This document shows, in pieces, positions 59,741 to 64,000 of a stretch of DNA of 64,000 bases. The stretch lies in the NCBI RefSeq assembly GCF_036321535.1, contig NC_087449.1:29388001-29452000 (forward strand), given 5' to 3'. How positions within the stretch are numbered: the stretch's first letter is position 1; the number at the start of each line of letters is the position of its first letter. The notes under the pieces are model-generated. The model was not told where the DNA came from and made no database searches. It saw only the letters and a program-made list of their open reading frames with translations. Both the position numbers and the translations under genes were made by a program. Source of the DNA: Camelus dromedarius (Eukaryota).

Positions 59741-60576
59741 ATTGCTTGTAACTGTCTCAGACTGTGAAGTTGGCCAAGAATTGGGTCATAACATAAGTAA
59801 GGAGAGAGTCCGTTTAATGGAGGAATCAGAAAATCTTTTTGCCTAAGATGCCTCTTTGACTGAACCTTGAGCACATCAAGGCAGACTTGAAAAGAAAAAT
59901 TCCATAGAAAGGTAGTAGTACAAGGGAACACTGGGAAGATGGGAGAGTAATCACCTCCCTACTAGACTTCCGCATCCTTGTATTATTCTGCTTGTTAATT
60001 TCAAGCATTCTTGGGCATGCTGATCCTTCTGCCCGAAACAACCACTTATTCATTTATTATACATGCATTTATTGAGTGCCCATTGGTCCTTCCTGTCATC
60101 ATCCACGTGATAAGAGCATCATTCTTCAGGATCACACAGTGGAGAGCTGCTTCTCTGTGAAGCTTTATGGGCTCCTTCAAGCAAAGGTGACAGCTTGCTC
60201 CTCTGTGCCCCAGTATACCCAGTATTTGTTTTCATTCCGATCATGTCCCTTACATGACACCTCCGCTAGACTGAGCTTCTGTGACAACAGTAATCAGGCT
60301 TTGACTCTGTACTCGGCCTGTGTGACTGTGCAGTCCATGTCTGTTTTCATCAGTGAGTCAGCACTGGCACCTGGCCCGTTGTTTTTAGTGGATATTTGTT
60401 GCAATGAAACGGTTAGTATTATTCATAAAATTAATTATGTCCTTATACAACCAAGTTTTGAGACTCCATCATCCCTTATAGAATGTTGTCTTTGAGGAGC
60501 ACGCGGTTAGGAGGGAGGTGAGGGCTAGTGACGTGGTGCAGATAGATGGGGCAAAAGTGGCAGGAAAGGTTCTCGT

Positions 60577-60712
60577 TTTTTTAATTCTAATTTTTTTATT
60601 GATGTGTAGTCAGTTTGCAATGTTAGTTTCATGCGTGCAGCAAAGTGATTCAGTTAAACATATATACATATATTATTTTCAGATTCTTTTCTCTTACAGC
60701 TCATTACAAGAA
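60577..60712 (-). mobile_element. Short LINE-1 3' end
   Basis: ttattgatgtgtagtcagtttgcaatgttagtttca...cagcaaagtgattcagtta. Confidence 0.85.
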
Positions 60713-61951
60713 ATTGTTTTCTACATGTGATTTCATGGACCCCATTCTAGGAAGATGATTTTTCGTTTTCCTTAATTGTAGCCTTGGATCCTTTAGTTTA
60801 AGCACCTTCATTCAGGGCTTAGTATCCTAAAAAAGAAATAGCTTGTTAAAAACAAACAAACAAATCAGATATCTTTGGATAAGGTATGAATTTAAGCGTC
60901 AGTTCCATTAGACCTTTTAGTTGAGCCGCCTGTAATTGGTATGATGAAGAGGTTTAGGTAATTACTCTTTTTGAGTTGAAAGTGACGCTCAGGGTCCGCC
61001 TTTTCAGACTGAACCTTTCTAGATCGGTGGGACGAGCTACGAATTGGCTGCACAGTTGGAAGAATCATCTCCAGGTGCTTTATCTTAATATTCTTTAAAA
61101 ATGGATAACTTCTGAAATGTTTATTTTCAACCCAGCTCTCGGATACGGCTATCAGAGACACAGTCCCCCGGAAAGATTGTTGACTCGACACTAGGAATAC
61201 GTTCATTCAATTTAAATGAAATCAAACGAGATAATGTATGTGAAGCAGAGGCTGAGGGCATAGTATATAGTAAATGTATAGTAAATACTAGCTGTAATTG
61301 AAGTGGTGTTATTATCATTATTATCTTCCCAGCGCAGTGTCTGAACTTAATGGTACCTGGTAGTGTGCAGTGCATATTTATTAAAGAAAGAAGGGATGAA
61401 ATGTGTGTCTGCCAGCTTCTTTTCTTTTCTTCCTCCCATTCAATGCTTGTCTGCTCTTAGAGCTGGGGGAAAAAACTGACATCAAAATTGGCTTGCTGGA
61501 AAGTTTCTCAGCTCCATTTGTCATCTTACCCTCGAAGCCCAATTGTGTGTCAACTCGGTGTCCCCTCTGACACCTGCCAGGGAGGGCCAGACCACAGGTC
61601 ACTTCCCTATGGTCTGCTGTAGCTGCCAAGGCTGTGGTCAAGCTTGGCTGATGAATGGGAGCCCCGTTGTTGGAAATGTTTCTACGGGGCCGCTTGAGCT
61701 CTGTTATCTGGGTGGCCTCTGGTGCTTGACCATGAGAAACATGGAGAATAAAGAATTGAGTTCTGCTTTTGTTGAAGATGTGGAGTTTTAAAGATCTCTT
61801 TTGCATTACCTAGTTTTGCACATATGGACTCCAATTCTCTTTGCTGTCTCAACTCTGTCAATGGCTAAATGACGCCACGTGAGCAGTTTGTACATGGAGA
61901 CCAAGGTTTTCCTGGTTTTGTATGTTGCATGGTTCATTTCTTTCCCCTCAG

Positions 61952-62016
61952 TTCTGACTTCAACAAGATGGTCGTTCTGAATGTCCTCCTCCCTTGCTTT
62001 GCAGCGCTCGACAGGA
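61952..62016 (+). other. Candidate exon (65 nt) or nested 12-nt microexon (62005-62016)
   Basis: Acceptors tttctttcccctcag (ends 61951) and cccttgctttgcag (ends 62004); donor gga|gtgagt at 62017; Kozak-context aagATGg at 61968. Confidence 0.35.
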
Positions 62017-62066
62017 GTGAGTGAAATGCGCAGCTCGGGGTGTCATTTCTGAAGGGAGGAGTCATT

Positions 62067-62230
62067 NNNNNNNNNNNNNNNNNNNNNNNNNNNNNNNNNN
62101 NNNNNNNNNNNNNNNNNNNNNNNNNNNNNNNNNNNNNNNNNNNNNNNNNNNNNNNNNNNNNNNNNNNNNNNNNNNNNNNNNNNNNNNNNNNNNNNNNNNN
62201 NNNNNNNNNNNNNNNNNNNNNNNNNNNNNN
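62067..62230. other. Assembly gap (164 N) in unique sequence
   Basis: N run. Confidence 0.95.
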
Positions 62231-62313
62231 CTCATTGCTACTTACTGTCCAAGAAAGAATTTTTTGTCTCTAGAATGGTATTTGGCACTGTCTTTTTGAT
62301 TGCATGTATTTTA

Positions 62314-62471
62314 TTTTTTTAAAAAATTGTTTGGTTAGGGGGGAGTATTTAGGTTTATTTGTTTGTATTTATGTATTTATTTTTAACGGAGGGAGGTACT
62401 GGGGATTGAACCCAGGACCTTGTGATGCTAAGCACACACTCTACTGCTGAGCTGTACCATACCCCGATCCC
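62314..62471 (-). mobile_element. Vic-1-type SINE
   Basis: gaggtactggggattgaacccaggacc...gctgagctgtacc; perfect TSD tgcatgtatttta at 62301-62313 and 62472-62484. Confidence 0.92.
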
Positions 62472-62489
62472 TGCATGTATTTTAAATAA

Positions 62490-63235
62490 TCCTCAACATT
62501 ATTTGGTGTTTTTTTGGTACTCATAGTATAATATTTTCATGGCACTCCATTATTCTCTGGGTAAGATCCAAAATTCTTTTCACGATATACAGAACACTTC
62601 TTGACACGCCTTCTGCCCATCCCTCCAGCAACATCTCTGCCCCAGTCCGCGCTCCACCCCCATCCAACCTTGTTCACCCTCCAGGCCCCCCCCCCCCCCC
62701 CGTGTCTTGTGTCTTGTAGTTCATCCTTTGCAGATACCAGTGATTCTCCAACTCCAGCCAGAATCGCCCGCCTGAAAGGCTTGTTAAAACACAGCTTGCT
62801 GAGTCTCATGCCTAAAGCTTTTGGTTCACTAGGTCTGGGGTGGAGTCCAAGATGCATTTGTAAGATGTTCCCAGATGCTGCTGCTGCTGGTGGTTCCCGG
62901 GATTTTGAAAACCGCTGGACTCTGAGTTCATCCTTTGTTGCTCTCCCCTTTTTTCTAGACTGACCCCTACTTACTCTTCAGGTCTGAGCTCAGTGAGGCC
63001 TCCTGGGGGGCTTTTCCTTACCTCTCAAATTGGGCTGCTCGCTTTTGTTTGTTTTGTTTCACTAGCACTTTGTTAGTATGAACCTTTATTAAAAACGCCC
63101 TGTGTTTTTGTCAGCGATACCATACAGTCCTTCGGAGCGGGATCTCTCATTCATCCTTTTTGCTCCCAACACTTAGAAAGAGCTTGACACAGAAGAGGCA
63201 CATAGGTATCTGGGAATGAAGACTGGATGTGCAGT
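62490..63235 (+). mobile_element. L2 relic split by MER5A
   Basis: tttcatggcactccattattctctgggtaagatccaaattct...tacttactcttcaggtctgagctcagtgaggcctcctggg. Confidence 0.65.
62738..62917. mobile_element. MER5A hAT MITE
   Basis: cagtgattctcc...ggcttgttaaaacacag...taggtctggggtgg...tttgaaaaccgctg. Confidence 0.88.
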
Positions 63236-63271
63236 GTGATAAGAAAATAATTCTACCACTGTTCGTGTTTT

Positions 63272-63439
63272 CTTTTTAAATAGCGTTTATGTTTTATTTA
63301 TTATTGTATTATTTAATTATTTTATTTTGGTGGGGGGAGGTAACTAGGTTTATTTTATTTTTAGAGGAGGTACTGGGGACTGAACCCAGGACCTCATGCC
63401 TGCCAAGCAGGCGCGCTGCCACTTGAGCTATACCCTCCC
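63272..63439 (-). mobile_element. Vic-1-type SINE
   Basis: gaggtactggggactgaacccaggacc...gagctataccctcccc; TSD ccactgttcRtgtttt at 63256-63271 and 63440-63455. Confidence 0.92.
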
Positions 63440-63544
63440 CCACTGTTCATGTTTTTTAAGAGAATTTGGTCCTACGGCTTTCTGATCATGCCTTTCAGAA
63501 GGTTTGTCCTGTTACTGTGATTAGATGGAAGCAACTTTTTGCTT

Positions 63545-63603
63545 TGTGCGTGCGTGCGTGTGTGTCTGTGTGGTGTGGTGTGGTGTGGTGCATGGGTGTG
63601 TGT
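63545..63603. repeat. Compound (TGCG)/(TG)/(TGTGG)n microsatellite
   Basis: Directly visible. Confidence 0.85.
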
Positions 63604-64000
63604 TTTCACCGTGAAGTTTCAGCTCTTTCCTTCCCTGTCTTCAGAGCTGCAGGGGAGAGGATGAATAGAGCTCTCTTTCAGGTCTTGAAATCTCTCAGTG
63701 TGGGCCTGCAGACCGGATGCTGCTGCTTGCTGTGTGTAGGCAGTGATTTGTTTGAGACATCACTGTGCCTGCCCAGTCGTGTTTCCTGGTGGCATTTGTC
63801 TGACACTCCATGGGAAGCAAGGGACATAAATGTAATACACGTACAGCTCTTGGACAGAAGCAACCCCAGGAAGGACTATAAATTTTGCTTTAAATGTTTG
63901 TTTGAAACACCAGTATTTTGGAAGCAGTCTATTTTATCCCCTAAAACCTAATGTAAACCTTGCTTGTTATGCGCCATGGTCTAGGAATAATAGAAAGAAG

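Larger units (their letters stand above)
1..64000 (+). other. Exon-poor mammalian (probably camelid) DNA, likely one long intron of a + strand gene or a gene desert
   Basis: No recognisable non-transposon coding exon; dense MIR/L2/L1/MaLR/Tigger content; Vic-1-type SINEs; minus-strand bias of L1/SINE/LTR insertions. The host strand is inferred. Confidence 0.55.

Noticed and set aside
63466-63951. 161-aa ORF
   Set aside because: Runs through a TG microsatellite (CVRACVSVWCGVVWC); no coding signature.
1-64000. CRISPR arrays, rRNA, snRNA/7SL copies, prokaryotic or viral systems, BovB
   Set aside because: No spaced repeat arrays, no recognisable RNA gene sequence, no gene-dense segment, and no ruminant BovB or Bov-tA signatures.

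Overview
Mammalian, repeat-rich, apparently non-coding genomic DNA with eight N gaps. It is most likely camelid (alpaca/camel): the young SINEs are tRNA-Ala-derived and of Vic-1 type, and I saw no BovB, Bov-tA, PRE, Alu, B1 or CanSINE. I could not identify any protein-coding gene. The only recognisable peptides are broken LINE-1 ORF2p C-terminal fragments; the other ORF-track entries lie in repeats, span gaps or look random. The window contains young L1 3' ends (many with readable target-site duplications, TSDs), four SINEs, three Tigger1-type MITEs, MaLR solo LTRs, MER5 hAT elements, many MIR and L2 relics, and several repeat-free blocks that look like enhancers. L1, SINE and LTR insertions are mostly on the minus strand, which fits a long intron of a + strand gene. 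The best leads are: a ~64-bp segment apparently copied into an MLT1A LTR from 2.4 kb away; a candidate exon or 12-nt microexon ending at 62016 with flanking RBFOX motifs, one duplicated by a SINE TSD; a candidate recursive splice site at 53686/53687; and an unidentified coding-like relic split by an LTR. I found no convincing novel multi-gene system. Repeat family names come from remembered consensus sequences, and MIR/L2 boundaries are approximate (tens of bp).
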